Origin: Phoronis australis
Lineage: Eukaryota; Animalia; Phoronida
Assembly: GCA_002633005.1 (NCBI GenBank)
Contig: NMRA01000415.1
Coordinates: forward strand, 221,161 to 285,160
Length of the DNA stretch: 64,000 nucleotides
Direction: 5' to 3'
Positions 62,590 through 64,000 of the stretch are shown here, in pieces. The position numbers and the translations under genes were made by a program. The notes under the pieces were generated by a model, which worked only from the letters and a program-made list of their open reading frames with translations, did no database searches and was not told the origin of the DNA. Positions within the stretch are counted from its first letter, which is position 1; each line of letters starts with the position of its first letter.

Positions 62590-63795
62590 TTATCTCGTCT
62601 GTCTATTGACTCCAATCTTTTTCCGGTGGGGCTTGTGCTTTTTGCCAGGTTTGAAGGTATGCGCATCAAGCACCTGATTGGCTTTCTTCTTGACGTCGTC
62701 ACGTGACACAAACTCCTCATTCTCCTGACCACCTCCAATATAGAACACTTCGTCTGCAACAAGAGAGCGTGCTTACAAAAGAGCGTAACTCTAAACGCTA
62801 AGACTTCCTACTATTCCTGGAAAGCTTTTGCTACCGTGTGAGTGTAACTTAGGAAATATTCATCAGAGAGAACGGGACGTCACGTCATGTGCACCTTGTG
62901 TCCTGTTCAGTTTCTGATGTCCTGTAACGAATCCGCCCGTCTATCAGATTACAACCAATGACCTACCATGATAGCAACTTTGTGCAGTAGATCTACAATA
63001 TAACTAGGTATTAACCACTTGGATGTCCCTTGTCGATTTATTTCTAGTAAGTCAAAGACTGGACAGTACCTTCTACGTCAGAAGTCTTCTCCATGCCGAC
63101 ACGCACGTTTGTACGCGATAGCTTGTTTTCCAAGTAGTCGTAGTACTAGAATGAAAAATGTAATAATTCCAGAAGTGCGTTTTATTTACGTTTAGTTATT
63201 AATACACGTTGCAATTTCTCTCCGCGGTAATTATTTTCAACATTTGCTCACTGATTTGCAATATTGGTACTTCTAGCTAGTAAGGAAACGAAATTTCTAA
63301 ACCGTCTTTTGGAGAATTGTAAACTGGTGCAGTTGCCGAATGACAGTTTTCTCCGAAGTTCTGCACAACGTGCTGACAACACACCTTGCAGCTTCACATT
63401 TGCTCACTCAGTATCTGATTGCATCTACAATAGACCACAATGCTCACGGAGCAGCAAGACAAGCAGAATAGCCAAGGGTTTACCGACGACGTCTTCAAGC
63501 GCTCCGCCAGGTCAGCCTCGTTTTCAATGTCCAATTCCTTCATCAGCGTCTCTATCTTTTCCACACATATGGCCATGTCGTTGACTACATCAAAGGTTGC
63601 GTAGTTACGGCCCAACGGGCGGAGCTTCACGCGGTTGAGCTTCTCGTGCAAGTTAGCTACTCCTGTCTTGATAGCCACAAGTATGTCCCCGTTCGTCTGA
63701 ATTTCCTTGTTAATCTCCAAGTCTTTATCCTCGCAAAATTTGAGTCTACCTTGTGCTTCATCCAATAACTTTTGTCCACTGGAAAACATTGGCGC
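62590..63795 (-). CDS. 3' exons of an outer-dynein-arm docking complex coiled-coil protein (ODAD3/CCDC151 or CCDC183-like); gene continues beyond the window
   Basis: Exon from 63795 (or 63778) to 63484 reads SGQKLLDEAQGRL...VKLRP...LAERLKTSS. Exon 63145-63070 reads YYDYLENKLSRTNVRVG. Exon 62753-62590 reads EEFVSRDDVKKKANQVLD...* . Phases are consistent and the sequence resembles the CCDC151 C-terminus from memory. Confidence 0.7.
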
Positions 63796-64000
63796 CTGAT
63801 GTATACAATGCTGTATAGAAACACCCACCTCGGAACCATATGCAAGAAGGATTCCTCATAACGTTATGCACTGACATACCTTAAGACGAATCGAGCAACA
63901 CGCGTTCTTGAACTGCAACATTTCTATTTAAGTGATGCGTTCAGTTACATGTATGTACATGATGTACCCACCTCGTAAGGTCGCGTGTTGGCCATGGGAG

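Noticed and set aside
63880-64000. Further small minus-strand exons of the coiled-coil gene (63912-63880 and beyond 63972)
   Set aside because: Splice signals are plausible but the reading phase is ambiguous at the window edge.

Overview
This is animal genomic DNA (probably a marine invertebrate; the taxon cannot be fixed from sequence alone), not a prokaryotic locus. From left to right it holds: a decayed but apparently full-length CR1/L2-group LINE (184-4688, minus) that splits a small Tudor-knot-like exon; an intronless arylamine N-acetyltransferase; a repeat-rich spacer; a TDRD5/tejas-like LOTUS-Tudor germline gene (15272-58308, plus; 21 coding exons that I joined in frame by hand, about 1082 aa); and the 3' end of a convergent ODAD3/CCDC151-family gene. 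The most unusual part is the TDRD5-like locus. It has four LOTUS repeats and an extra C-terminal domain resembling the SMARCB1/INI1 winged helix. Its 16-kb intron holds a head-to-head pair of complete TRIM-NHL genes, one on the host strand and reachable in frame from an alternative host splice donor. Two Helentron-type (DINE-1-like) elements carrying arrays of CTCF-like motifs bracket that pair, and an inverted copy of one exon lies 6 kb downstream of it. Two apparent tandem exon duplications sit at single 'n' joins and are most likely uncollapsed alleles. All gene models come from manual splice and phase reading and motif recognition; no database search or transcript evidence was available.
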